Notes under the pieces: model-generated | Database searches by the model: none | Seen by the model: only the letters and a program-made list of their open reading frames with translations | What the model was told of the DNA's origin: nothing | Shown: in pieces, positions 54,277 through 64,000 of the stretch | Layout of the letters: the number at the start of each line of letters is the position of its first letter | Numbering within the stretch: position 1 is the stretch's first letter | Source: Candidatus Pacearchaeota archaeon | GTDB lineage: Archaea > Nanobdellota > Nanobdellia > Pacearchaeales > GW2011-AR1 | NCBI GenBank assembly: GCA_023133415.1 | Contig: JAGLWM010000005.1 | Coordinates: forward strand, 4,602 to 68,601 | Length of the DNA stretch: 64,000 nt | Direction of reading: 5' to 3' | Program-made: the position numbers and the translations under genes

Positions 54277-57200
54277 ATGAGGAAAGTATTTTTTGTTGGA
54301 TTTGTTGGATTATGTTTATTGGGGATTGTGTCGGCTGGAGGCTCTCAAGAGAAACAACTAGATGAATTTTTTTTTGGTTTGATGGAAAAAATGAAATCTG
54401 TTTTTAGTGATGTTTTTCATTTAGCGAGTGCTTTGGAGTCTAATATTACGGATAGGAATGATAGTTTAGTTAATGTTTTGGAGGATGGTGTGAATATAAC
54501 GGGCGGTTCTTATTTAGATAACATTAGTGAAATTAATTTTACCGAAGAGGAAAATATCACTTTATTAAATTTTTCAGGTAACGAAACTAATTTGTCTCAA
54601 GTTGAAGGGCTTAATAATTCTGATTTGAATGAAACAGGAATAGCTGATAACGATTCAATTCAGTTTGTTAATGATTTTGTAATTAATGAAACGGAGTATT
54701 TTTATTGGGATAGAGTAATTGTGAATAATTATTTTGGGGATTCGGAAGAGGTGAGTGTTAAATTGAAAATTCCTAAGAGGTTGGAGAATATTACTAAGGG
54801 AATTGATTATGAGGAAAAAAATAGTCAGGATTCTTTTTCGGTGATGGTTGTGTCTCAGAAGTTGGGGTGGCTTAAACAAGAATTGAAAAGAGAGTTGGGG
54901 AATAAATATTCTGAGGTTGAGGTTGAAAATATTAGTATTCTGAAAAGGATTAAATTTAATGAATTGGAGTTGGATGATGATTTTTCTTTGGGTGTTGAGG
55001 AGTTGGATTTGAATGATTCTGTGCAGAGCTATGCGATAGATCCTAGTCGGCTTAATTTTACGAATGCCAGTGTTACGCTGGTTGCGAAGGGGAAGGAGTT
55101 GTATAGGTGTAGGGATTGGAATTTTAGTGAGCGGGTTTGTTATGCGGAATGGGAATTGTTTAGGACTGATTTAGTTCCTGGTGAAGAATATTCTTTTATT
55201 TTAACTCCGGATGATCCTGCTTTTAGGGAAGAAATTAACATAACCAATGCTGTGCATTTAGATGAGAATAGGAGTTTTGTTTCGAATATTTTTGATGAGG
55301 TTAGATATCAGGATGGTTTGTGGTCTGAGGCTGTTTATCATGATGAATATGTTAGAGCCACATTTGAGGAAAATTTGACTAATGGGAATGTTGTTAATCT
55401 CTATGTGAGAAATGGGACTTCGGATATGTTTGTTGAAATCTATGAAAAAGATGGGGTTATTTTGCTTGGTTCGATATTTGTGGATGGGGAAAATCAATAT
55501 GATTTGAGATTGCAAAATATGTCTGGCTATAATGATGTTTTTGATATTAGAATAGTGAATGGAGAGAATGATTCAAATGCTTCTCTTGAATTTGATTATA
55601 TTCATGATGCGGGTTCTTTGGCTTCTTTTGATGGGAATTTTTTTGAAGATTTTGAATCGGGAAGTTTGGCTACGAATGGTTGGGCTACGAGCGGGGGGGC
55701 GAGTAGTAATTGGATTGTTTCAATTGAAGATGCATACAATGGGACATATCATGCTGAAGCTGAAAATACTGACAGTAATTCCACTCTTTTAACAAATATT
55801 AGCACTGAGGATTATGGAAATATTTCATTTAGTTTTTGGTATGACACGGATAATTTTGAAGCTGGAGATTATTTGTTTGCGGATTGGTATAATGGGACTG
55901 ATTGGATTAATGTTTTAACTGTTGATGGAACGAATACGGGAGCATATACTTTAAGTAATAATACGCTTACAAGTGATGCGAATAATAATCCGAATTTTGC
56001 AATAAGGTTTATTTGTAATAGTGATAAGAATAATGAATGGTGTCAAGTTGATTATATCCATGTAATTGGGCAAAAAATTCTTTCGATTAATTTAGATGAT
56101 TATTATGGATTGAATAGTTCTTTGGGAAGGGTTGATGAATTTAATAGTAGTAATTTGGAAGAGATAGAATATATGGAGTTGAATTTCTCGATTGATTCTA
56201 CTCAGGTTATAGATAGTTGGTATTTGAATTTTACGGCGAATGGAACAAACGGGTGTAGTTTGGGGAATAAGCAAAGTAGTGTTTGTTATAGTTATGACAA
56301 TGCGACTTATCAGTGGATCCAGTTTATCAATAATACAAATACTACAACTTATGATGGGACGCAGGGGAACCAGGGAGATAGGATTGTTGTAATTCAGACG
56401 GGTTCTGGAAATCAGGTTAATGTTAGTTTGAGAATCGACGAGCATTATAATCCGAACGTTTTCAAGTGGTATGATGCGGAATATAATTTTTCGGATGTGA
56501 GGTGGCAGAATGGGGCTGAGCAGAGAATTACAGGAGATAATCATATTAAGATAGAAATCAATCAGACTTTAGTTCCGATTAATGCGGATCAGTATAAACT
56601 TGATTTTAGAGCAGAATATGGTGGTAATCCGACCCAGCCTCTGGAAGCTTATGCTTGTAATAGTAGTTATGTAGATGGGCATGTTCATGATTTTACTGGA
56701 TGTGTTTTGGTTGCTCAGAAATTTCCAAGTGAATTTCAGGATGTTGGGACAAAGTTTAGGGAAATCTTTACGAGAAATTTAACTGACCAAATTGGAGATT
56801 TTAAGTATGTAGTTCTTGAGACCAATGAGCAAAATACTTCTAATTATTATGCTATTAAAACTTATAAGGCGACTAAGGCGAGTTATACAACTCATTGGGA
56901 ATATTCAACAAACCTTGGAGATAATTGGACAAATTTGAATGATGGCTATGAGACTGAGTTAAATATAAATTGGTTTTATGATGGGGCTGATCCGACGGCT
57001 TTTGTTTATCGGTTTTGGGCGAATGATAGTGATGGAACCGAGGAATATTTGGAAGGGAATATAACTTGGGATATTGATCCTACTAATAATTATCCTCCTC
57101 TTGTGGATCTTAGAAGTCCACTTTCTGTTGGATATTTAAGTTTTCCTTATAATATTACTTTTTTACTTTCTGATCCTAATGATGATAATTTGAATGGAAG

Positions 57201-60200
57201 TTTGTATTTGTATCAGGGAGGGAGTTTAAATAAGACTTTGGTTACGGACATGAATCAGTCTAATGAAAGTTATCTTTGGGATGATTCTACTCCTGACGGA
57301 ACTTATGATTTGGTTTTGGAGGCTTGTGAGTTGGGAACTTCGGATTTGTTTTGTGTTAATATTACTCAGGAAATTACGGTGGATAATAGTGCGCCTTCGG
57401 TAACTAATTTAATTCCGGTTGCCGATACGATTTATTATGATAATATTACTAATACTATTGAAATTGCGGCGAATGTGACAGACGTTTCAATAATTAATGT
57501 TCTTGCAAATATTACTTATCCTGATGGTACTTATGTTAGTGTTGATTTGACGAATGTTTTGGGGGACAAGTATAATAATAGTTTTCAGATACCGTTTGTT
57601 TTTGGGCGTTATAATGTAACAATAGTTGCGAATGATAGTGCGGGCAATAGTAATGATAGTGAGACGACTTATTTTAATTTGGAAGATGTTAGTTCTCCGA
57701 GTGTGGAGATTGTTCATCCTTTGGGGCATTCTTTGGATGAAGATGGGGTGGCTGTGGTAACCCTTAATGTGAGTGATTTGTCTGGGATTGATATGATTTA
57801 TGCAAATATAAGTTCGCCGAATGGGACGAATTATACTTTGACTGGTTTTTCAGAGGGTTTGCAAAGTGATGATTTTGATTCAGATAGTCTTGGTGTTAAT
57901 TGGGAGAATAAAAGTATTTTGTCAACTGGTGCGAATTGTATTGTTGATATTGATTCTACTTTTTCTGGGAAGGCATTTGTTGCGATAAGTAATGCGAGTG
58001 GTGTGTCCTCTGTTCAGTGCGGGCTTAATAGTTTGAAGAAGGTTGATGGAGATTTTGATGTTAATATTTCATTTAATATAACAAATTTTGGAGATGATAC
58101 ATTGTTCTCATTTAGGTCTAATAGTGAGGATAGTTTTTTGCCTGCGGGAATTCGGGTTTATACTGATATTGAAAAAGAGGGAGGGGTGACTTCGTATGTT
58201 TTGGGATACAATAATGGAACTCATTCTAATTCTCAATCTGTTGTTACAAGTGATACGTTTGGGAAATTTAGAATTAAAAGATTTAATACAAGCGAACAGG
58301 TTCCTGTTTTTAATTTATATTATTGGAATAATTCGGGGAGCGAGTGGGTTAATCTGCTTGGAAATATTAGTCTTGGGGGATCTAGTAGAACTCAGTTTAT
58401 ACAAATAAAGCCTGCGTCTATTTCTTCAAATTTTGGAGATATGAATATAACTTTTGATGATTTTCTTTTTAGCGGGGATAATTTGACATTCGCGGAATTT
58501 AATCAAACTAGTCAGTCTGGAAAATATAATGTTTCTGTTTTTGTAAATGATAGCTTGGGGTATATTAATGATAGCGAAACTAGTTGGTTTAATATTAGTG
58601 CTGTTAATGATGCTCCGTCAAGGCCATTTATTACTGAGCCTGATCCCGATGAAATTCTTAATGGATTGTTTAATATTACTTGGGATACTGTCATCGACGA
58701 AGAGGGGGATAGTTTGAGGTTTAATATTAGTTTGTTAAATAGTAATGGTTCAGTTAATTCAAGTATTGTGACTGATTATGGGGATACTAATTCGATTTAC
58801 TATGAATGGAATACCTCTAGTGTCCCTGATGGATTATATGGTATACGTGTTGTTGTGTTTGAGAATGAAACTGCTGAGGGGAATTCGAATTCAGATGATA
58901 TAGATGGAAATTTTACAATTGATAATAGCGCGCCTTCTGTTGTTGTTGTTTATCCCTTGAATCATACATTGAATGAAAATGGGGATGTGGCTATTAGTTT
59001 AAATGTAAGTGATGTAGTTTCTATTGATACAATTTATGCGAACGTGAGTTCTCCGAATGGGACGAATTATACTTTAACGGATTTTGCGACTGGGTTGCCT
59101 AATGATGATTTTTCGAGTGACAGTGAAGGAGTGAATTGGGTGCATAAAAATACTAGTGCTAGCGGTCAAATTTGTTATACTGATATTGATGGAACTGTTC
59201 CTGGTAAAATGTTTTTTTCTGTAGATGGGGGGACTGGTCCGACGACGTTGCAATGTGCGTATAATAGTCTTAAAAGAGTGGATGGTGATTTTGATTTGAA
59301 TTTGACATTTAATATAACTCACTTTGAAAAGGATTCGTTTTTTACTTTGAGGTCAGCTCCGACTGATAGTCTGAGTGCTTCCGGTATAAGAGTTTATATG
59401 GTTCTTACTATGGTAAATGGAGAGAATCTCTATAAGTTTGGGTATAATGATGGGAATAATACAAATGTTTCGGAAATTTCTACGAATGATACTTATGGAA
59501 AGTTTAGGATAAAGAGATTTAATTATAGCACTGGGACACCTGTCTTTAATCTTTATTATTGGAATAATTCTGGGAGTGAATGGATTAATGTTCATGGTAA
59601 TATTAGTTTGCCTGGTTCATCGAGAGCGCAGTTTATCCAGATAAAACCAGGGTCGGAAACATCTGGTTGGGGAGGTTTGAATATGACTGTTGATGATTTT
59701 TTTATTAGTGGAGATAACTATACTTTTGCTATATTTAATCAAACTTCTCAAGTTGGGCAATATAATGTTAGTGTTTTTGCGAATGACAGTGTTAATAATA
59801 TAAATGATACGGAGACAACGACTTTCCATATAGTGGGTGTAAATAATCCTCCTTCAACCCCTCATGTTGAGGAGCCGGAAGTTGGGGATTTTATTGGTGG
59901 AATGTTTAATATTTCGTGGCAATCTGTGACTGATGATGAGGGAGATAGCTTGAGGTTTAATGTTAGCTTGTTGAATCCGGACGAATCTCTTAATGCGACG
60001 ATTGTTTCGAATTATGGGAATTCGAGTTCTATTTATTATGAGTGGAATAGTAGTTTGCATGTGGATGGGGATTATAGAATTAAGGTGGAGGTTTATGAAA
60101 ATGAAACGGCGGAGGGGAATTCGAACAGTGCTACTCTTGGGGGTAATTTTAGTATTGATAATACTTATCCTGAAATTCAATTTGTTTCTCCGACGACTGC

Positions 60201-60672
60201 TGAAGGAAATTATTCGCAGGATTTTATTGTTGCTAATGTGACTGTAGTGGATGAAAATATTGATACGATTACGATTAGTTTGTATAATTCAAGTGGGATA
60301 GTTAATTCGACAACAAGTTCAGCTTCTCCTCTTTTTATAAATTTTACAGATTTGCCGTATGGAACCTATTATTTGAATGCTAGTGTAAATGATTCTGCTG
60401 GAAATATAAATCAAACGGAGACGAAGACAATTACTCTTGAGGTTGTTGATAGTTGTACTTATCCTGGTTCTGGTAATTGGGAAGTTGATTGTTCAGATAA
60501 TTGTTCGATTAGTTCTGATGTTGATGTTTTAGGGAATAATATTTCTATAGTTGGTTTCGGGAGTTTTTATACTACGGCGAATATCACGAATTTTAGTGAG
60601 TTGTATCTTGAGGGGGATAGTGCTGTTAGTAGGTGTGAAGTTTATTGTTCTGGTGGGGGGTGTTTTAAATGA
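54277..60672 (+). CDS. Giant (2131 aa) secreted surface protein with Ig-like repeats and an internal duplicated module
   Basis: Signal peptide; recurring 'DNSAPSV', 'SSPNGTNYTL', 'DEEGDSLRFN.SLLN', 'ENETAEGNSNS'. Confidence 0.8.
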   Translation: MRKVFFVGFVGLCLLGIVSAGGSQEKQLDEFFFGLMEKMKSVFSDVFHLASALESNITDRNDSLVNVLEDGVNITGGSYLDNISEINFTEEENITLLNFSGNETNLSQVEGLNNSDLNETGIADNDSIQFVNDFVINETEYFYWDRVIVNNYFGDSEEVSVKLKIPKRLENITKGIDYEEKNSQDSFSVMVVSQKLGWLKQELKRELGNKYSEVEVENISILKRIKFNELELDDDFSLGVEELDLNDSVQSYAIDPSRLNFTNASVTLVAKGKELYRCRDWNFSERVCYAEWELFRTDLVPGEEYSFILTPDDPAFREEINITNAVHLDENRSFVSNIFDEVRYQDGLWSEAVYHDEYVRATFEENLTNGNVVNLYVRNGTSDMFVEIYEKDGVILLGSIFVDGENQYDLRLQNMSGYNDVFDIRIVNGENDSNASLEFDYIHDAGSLASFDGNFFEDFESGSLATNGWATSGGASSNWIVSIEDAYNGTYHAEAENTDSNSTLLTNISTEDYGNISFSFWYDTDNFEAGDYLFADWYNGTDWINVLTVDGTNTGAYTLSNNTLTSDANNNPNFAIRFICNSDKNNEWCQVDYIHVIGQKILSINLDDYYGLNSSLGRVDEFNSSNLEEIEYMELNFSIDSTQVIDSWYLNFTANGTNGCSLGNKQSSVCYSYDNATYQWIQFINNTNTTTYDGTQGNQGDRIVVIQTGSGNQVNVSLRIDEHYNPNVFKWYDAEYNFSDVRWQNGAEQRITGDNHIKIEINQTLVPINADQYKLDFRAEYGGNPTQPLEAYACNSSYVDGHVHDFTGCVLVAQKFPSEFQDVGTKFREIFTRNLTDQIGDFKYVVLETNEQNTSNYYAIKTYKATKASYTTHWEYSTNLGDNWTNLNDGYETELNINWFYDGADPTAFVYRFWANDSDGTEEYLEGNITWDIDPTNNYPPLVDLRSPLSVGYLSFPYNITFLLSDPNDDNLNGSLYLYQGGSLNKTLVTDMNQSNESYLWDDSTPDGTYDLVLEACELGTSDLFCVNITQEITVDNSAPSVTNLIPVADTIYYDNITNTIEIAANVTDVSIINVLANITYPDGTYVSVDLTNVLGDKYNNSFQIPFVFGRYNVTIVANDSAGNSNDSETTYFNLEDVSSPSVEIVHPLGHSLDEDGVAVVTLNVSDLSGIDMIYANISSPNGTNYTLTGFSEGLQSDDFDSDSLGVNWENKSILSTGANCIVDIDSTFSGKAFVAISNASGVSSVQCGLNSLKKVDGDFDVNISFNITNFGDDTLFSFRSNSEDSFLPAGIRVYTDIEKEGGVTSYVLGYNNGTHSNSQSVVTSDTFGKFRIKRFNTSEQVPVFNLYYWNNSGSEWVNLLGNISLGGSSRTQFIQIKPASISSNFGDMNITFDDFLFSGDNLTFAEFNQTSQSGKYNVSVFVNDSLGYINDSETSWFNISAVNDAPSRPFITEPDPDEILNGLFNITWDTVIDEEGDSLRFNISLLNSNGSVNSSIVTDYGDTNSIYYEWNTSSVPDGLYGIRVVVFENETAEGNSNSDDIDGNFTIDNSAPSVVVVYPLNHTLNENGDVAISLNVSDVVSIDTIYANVSSPNGTNYTLTDFATGLPNDDFSSDSEGVNWVHKNTSASGQICYTDIDGTVPGKMFFSVDGGTGPTTLQCAYNSLKRVDGDFDLNLTFNITHFEKDSFFTLRSAPTDSLSASGIRVYMVLTMVNGENLYKFGYNDGNNTNVSEISTNDTYGKFRIKRFNYSTGTPVFNLYYWNNSGSEWINVHGNISLPGSSRAQFIQIKPGSETSGWGGLNMTVDDFFISGDNYTFAIFNQTSQVGQYNVSVFANDSVNNINDTETTTFHIVGVNNPPSTPHVEEPEVGDFIGGMFNISWQSVTDDEGDSLRFNVSLLNPDESLNATIVSNYGNSSSIYYEWNSSLHVDGDYRIKVEVYENETAEGNSNSATLGGNFSIDNTYPEIQFVSPTTAEGNYSQDFIVANVTVVDENIDTITISLYNSSGIVNSTTSSASPLFINFTDLPYGTYYLNASVNDSAGNINQTETKTITLEVVDSCTYPGSGNWEVDCSDNCSISSDVDVLGNNISIVGFGSFYTTANITNFSELYLEGDSAVSRCEVYCSGGGCFK

Positions 60673-61979
60673 GAAAGTTAATTTTGTGTTTATTTATTTT
60701 GAGTTTGTTTCCTTTGGTTTTGGGGGCAAGTACTTTTATGGACAATCCGGATGATTTTTTTATAATGCCTGACATTGTGACACCGCCTACTCCGGTAACT
60801 CCTCCGACGGCTGGCGGTGGTAGTGTAAAAATAACTCCAGAATGTGTTAATGATTCTGACTGTGATTTGGGTGAATTTTGTTTTGAGAATAAGTGTTATG
60901 CTTATGAGTGTGAGACGGATGCGGATTGTAATGAGACTAAGACTTGTTGGATGCATAGATGTGTTAAGCTTTTTGATATGAAGATAATTGATGTTGAGTC
61001 GCCGATTTATCCAGGGAATTTTTTTGAGTTTACTTATTATTTAAAGGGTGTTGCTGCGATTCACGGGGATGTTGTTGTTAATTTTTGGTTGGTTAGAGAT
61101 GGTGAGGTTGTGACTGAGGGGTTTGATACTATTTATATGGCGGATTTTGATGAGACGACGGAGACGACGGAGTTGTTTTTGCCTAAGACGATTTTGCCTG
61201 GGGTTTATAATTTTTATGCGGAGGTAAATTATGATTCGTATTATGCTCGGGCAGGGAGGATAATTGGAGTTGAGGAAATTCCTGAAGAATTAAGGCCTGG
61301 ACTTGTTACAGGAAAGGCTATAGCAGATGTTGGTGATGTGATAAAAACTAATCTTTCTTTTATCTTAGTTATTGTTGGTATACTTGTACTTTTTGGGATA
61401 ATTTATTGGGAGAGAAAGGAATTAGATAAGGCTTTAATTTCAGAGAGACGATGGCTAAGGAGACATAAGGTTTCTATTGGAACGTTTTTATTTTTCGTAG
61501 TTTTGGTAGGAGTTCTGTTTTATGCTACTAAGGCTGGCTTGATTAAATTGCCTTCACTCCAGATGTCATTTGTAAAGTATATTTATCTTATTGGAGTTTT
61601 TATAGTTCTCTTAGTTATTCTTTCTCGTGCGAGGATTGGAGAGATGCTAATTTCTCTTTGGGAATTCTTCAAGGGTTTTTTTGGAAAAAGACGGAAGTTG
61701 GAAGTTAGTAAAGAAGCGAAGCCAAGGATTAAGAAAGTGGCGGTTAAACCTAAAGTAAAACATGTGAAGGAAAAGAAGGTCGGACGTCGTAAGGGGAGGG
61801 ATTTGTTAAGGTCTGCTGTTAGTGGGTGGAGAAAGAAGGGTTATGATACAGATTCGTTGCATGAAGAGCCGAAGAAGTTGGGACAAAAACGAATGGGTGC
61901 ATGGCTTGAAAAATGGAGAAAGAAGGGTTATGACATTGGATCAATTAGTGAAAGGGGGTTTAAGGAGAAAAGTGAATAG
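60669..61979 (+). CDS. Membrane protein with extracellular Cys-rich repeats and a basic cytoplasmic tail
   Basis: 'CVNDSDCDLGEFCFENKC', 'CETDADCNETKTCWMHRC', three TM segments, repeated 'WRKKGYD'. Confidence 0.72.
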   Translation: MRKLILCLFILSLFPLVLGASTFMDNPDDFFIMPDIVTPPTPVTPPTAGGGSVKITPECVNDSDCDLGEFCFENKCYAYECETDADCNETKTCWMHRCVKLFDMKIIDVESPIYPGNFFEFTYYLKGVAAIHGDVVVNFWLVRDGEVVTEGFDTIYMADFDETTETTELFLPKTILPGVYNFYAEVNYDSYYARAGRIIGVEEIPEELRPGLVTGKAIADVGDVIKTNLSFILVIVGILVLFGIIYWERKELDKALISERRWLRRHKVSIGTFLFFVVLVGVLFYATKAGLIKLPSLQMSFVKYIYLIGVFIVLLVILSRARIGEMLISLWEFFKGFFGKRRKLEVSKEAKPRIKKVAVKPKVKHVKEKKVGRRKGRDLLRSAVSGWRKKGYDTDSLHEEPKKLGQKRMGAWLEKWRKKGYDIGSISERGFKEKSE

Positions 61980-62002
61980 GAGAAAAGTGAAATTGCTTAA
62001 AA

Positions 62003-63556
62003 ATGGCTGAAAAAACAATTCAACGAAGAGATTTTGAAATTTATAGGGATGGCCTTGAAAAATTGAAACAATTTGAGAAGGAACTACGGACGCTGAAGGC
62101 AGAATCAAAATATCCGTCGGAGGTTGTATCTATTAAATCTAAATTAAAGCATGTTTCTGAAATTCCAAATATCGAAAGAGAGCTTAAAACTTTGAAGAAT
62201 AAAATCGCCGGAAAATATAAGCCGAGAAAAAGAGTTAATCAAACCGATAAGAGGATTGAGGAGCTTGAGAAGAAGATTGAGGAGAAATCTAAAAAGATGA
62301 AAGGTGTTTCTGGGATAAAAAAAGACATCAAGGATATAAAAGAAGAATTGGAATCTCATCGGCAGGAGGAGAAAAGGAAAATGGAGATTTTGAAAAGAAT
62401 TAATCCGGAGGTAGATTCGATATCTGATGATGTTTTCAATATGTCTTTGAATGAGATTAAGGTAAGGCTGTCTAATGATTTGGAGAGGAAAGAAGGGGTT
62501 ATTCAGAAAAAGTTGAAAGAAGATTTAAGTGAAAGAGAAAAACTTTTTAGAAAAAAATATTTAGATGTGGAGAAAAAATACCACGATAAATATGAAGAGA
62601 ACCTGAGGAATAAGTTGGGTAGTGAAGTGGAATCAAGGTTTAAGAAAAAAGTTACTGATGAGGTTAAGAAGGTTGCAATTGTGCTGAGTAGTAAAAAGTT
62701 AGAGGAACTTAAGGAAAAGAAAAGAAAAGAAATTGAACTTGAGAAAAATAACTTATCTAAAAAATTCAAAAATGAATTTGAGAACCATAAAGTTAAGTTA
62801 AAGGAGCATTTTAACGAAGAGTTACTGTTGCATAAACACCTTCTTCATAAGAAATTTGATTTAGGGATTTCTAACGAAATCTTGAATTTAGATAAGAAGC
62901 ACAAGGAAAAAGAGCTTAAATATGAAGTCGTTAAAGATGCAGAGCTTAAGAAATTATATGAGACAAAAGCTAGGTATGAAAGTAATAAAGGGGCTGAGCT
63001 TCAGAAGTTGAAGGACAAGGGGCTGGCACTAGCGCAAGAATCGGCTAAGTATAGTGATGCTAAAAAAGCTGAGCTTCAGAGGTTGAAGGAAAAATTGGCT
63101 GGGTATAGTGATGCTAAAAAAGCTGAGCTTCAGAGGTTGAAGGGAAAATCGGCTAAGTATAGTGATGCTAAAAAAGCTGAGCTTCAGAAGTTGAAGGATG
63201 AACGACTAATGTCTATTAAGAGAAAGGAATCTGAATATAAAAATCTTAAAAAAGTTGAACTTCAGAAGTTGAAAGAAAGCGAAGCTGTGTTATTTAAGCA
63301 AAAGCAAAAGCAGAATGAGAAGTTTCAGAAAATAGAACTTCAGAAAGTTAAGGCTATGGAAAAGGCGTTGCAACAAGAGAAAAAGATGATTCATGATTCA
63401 TTAATTAAAAAGGAAGCATGGTTGAAGGAGAAACTAGTTAAGGAATATGAAATCAAGTTAAGACATGAGGTTGCAGAAAAGGAGAAGAAACTTAGAAGTA
63501 AAAATGCTGCTTTGGAAAGGGATATAAAAGAAAAGATTAGGAGCTTTTATGGATAG
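62003..63556 (+). CDS. Long charged coiled-coil protein
   Basis: Lys/Glu-rich throughout with tandem 18-aa repeats. Confidence 0.75.
   Translation: MAEKTIQRRDFEIYRDGLEKLKQFEKELRTLKAESKYPSEVVSIKSKLKHVSEIPNIERELKTLKNKIAGKYKPRKRVNQTDKRIEELEKKIEEKSKKMKGVSGIKKDIKDIKEELESHRQEEKRKMEILKRINPEVDSISDDVFNMSLNEIKVRLSNDLERKEGVIQKKLKEDLSEREKLFRKKYLDVEKKYHDKYEENLRNKLGSEVESRFKKKVTDEVKKVAIVLSSKKLEELKEKKRKEIELEKNNLSKKFKNEFENHKVKLKEHFNEELLLHKHLLHKKFDLGISNEILNLDKKHKEKELKYEVVKDAELKKLYETKARYESNKGAELQKLKDKGLALAQESAKYSDAKKAELQRLKEKLAGYSDAKKAELQRLKGKSAKYSDAKKAELQKLKDERLMSIKRKESEYKNLKKVELQKLKESEAVLFKQKQKQNEKFQKIELQKVKAMEKALQQEKKMIHDSLIKKEAWLKEKLVKEYEIKLRHEVAEKEKKLRSKNAALERDIKEKIRSFYG
63041..63202 (+). repeat. Three tandem 54-bp coding repeats
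   Basis: SAKYSDAKKAELQRLKEK / LAGYSDAKKAELQRLKGK / SAKYSDAKKAELQKLKDE. Confidence 0.9.
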
Positions 63557-63671
63557 TGCTTTTAAAATATTAAATAATTATGCCAGAAACTTTCGGAAGA
63601 ACGATTGTTTTTGGTTTTTTATTTTTTTTAGATAGGCTTTGAGGCTTGGGTGTTAATTGAAGAATTATTAT

Positions 63672-64000
63672 CTAAAAACCAATTGATTTTTTAGTAGTTT
63701 TTATAAAATTGTCTCTATGAGAATGTACTGATTTTTCTAATTTTTCTTGTGTAACATATCCAGCTGTTAATATTTTATCTGTTTTTATATCGGACATTTC
63801 TTTTACTTCTTGTTTAACTGCCGAATTTACCGATTCTGTTATATCAGAGTAGCTAAATCTGTCAGATATTTCTGCCAATTTAGATACATTATATTTTCTA
63901 ATCACCATATATCCTGCTTTATCATTAATCTGCTCTATTGCGTGATTATAAGCAAATTCTCTTTCGGGTTGATTTGGATTTTGAAATATATATGGTTTAT
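63672..64000 (-). CDS. C-terminal fragment of a probable AAA+ ATPase (gene runs off the window)
   Basis: 'LAEISDRFSYSDI' resembles the AAA lid motif; the frame is open toward the window end. Confidence 0.4.
   Translation of the reverse strand, partial: KPYIFQNPNQPEREFAYNHAIEQINDKAGYMVIRKYNVSKLAEISDRFSYSDITESVNSAVKQEVKEMSDIKTDKILTAGYVTQEKLEKSVHSHRDNFIKTTKKSIGF

Noticed and set aside
52153-63556. Surface-protein cluster as a provirus next to the tRNA
   Set aside because: No capsid, terminase, portal or replication motifs, host-like composition, and it lies on the 5' side of the tRNA, outside the att-bounded array.

Overview
This window looks like a small-genome archaeon, probably DPANN (Pacearchaeota/Woesearchaeota-like). 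That is an inference from archaeal-type TrpRS, TyrRS and ThrRS (with editing domain), a KaiC-like ATPase, TATA-box promoters and a CCA-less tRNA-Asp. The core DNA is G+T-rich on the + strand regardless of gene direction, and two regions lose this bias by eye (~19.4-31.6 kb and ~37.9-51.5 kb). Three items stand out. (1) Three copies of an unannotated ~200-nt structured RNA lie at 7866-8063, 8424-8625 and 40516-40713. Each has a TATA-like box at exactly -29..-22, a GGAGATAAC/GTTRTCTCC terminal helix and internal helices with compensatory changes. (2) An integron-like tandem array of small gene cassettes is anchored at the 3' end of tRNA-Asp(GTC). It is delimited by six copies of the 11-bp core CGCCCCAACCG with two reused arm types. 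A relic of the integrase 5' end sits at the distal edge, and an intact tyrosine integrase plus an inverted core lie ~12 kb away. (3) The tRNA-proximal cassette is a complete NrtR-regulated NAD(P) salvage operon with an unexplained radical-SAM and PLP enzyme pair in its middle. The window also has a cluster of Cache sensor proteins with no output domains, a ParB/HEPN-like plus Dam pair, a CHAP-like amidase with a broken signal peptide, purL with a purQ-purM chimera, and a large surface-protein cluster. All family assignments are from motif recognition only; no database searches were run.
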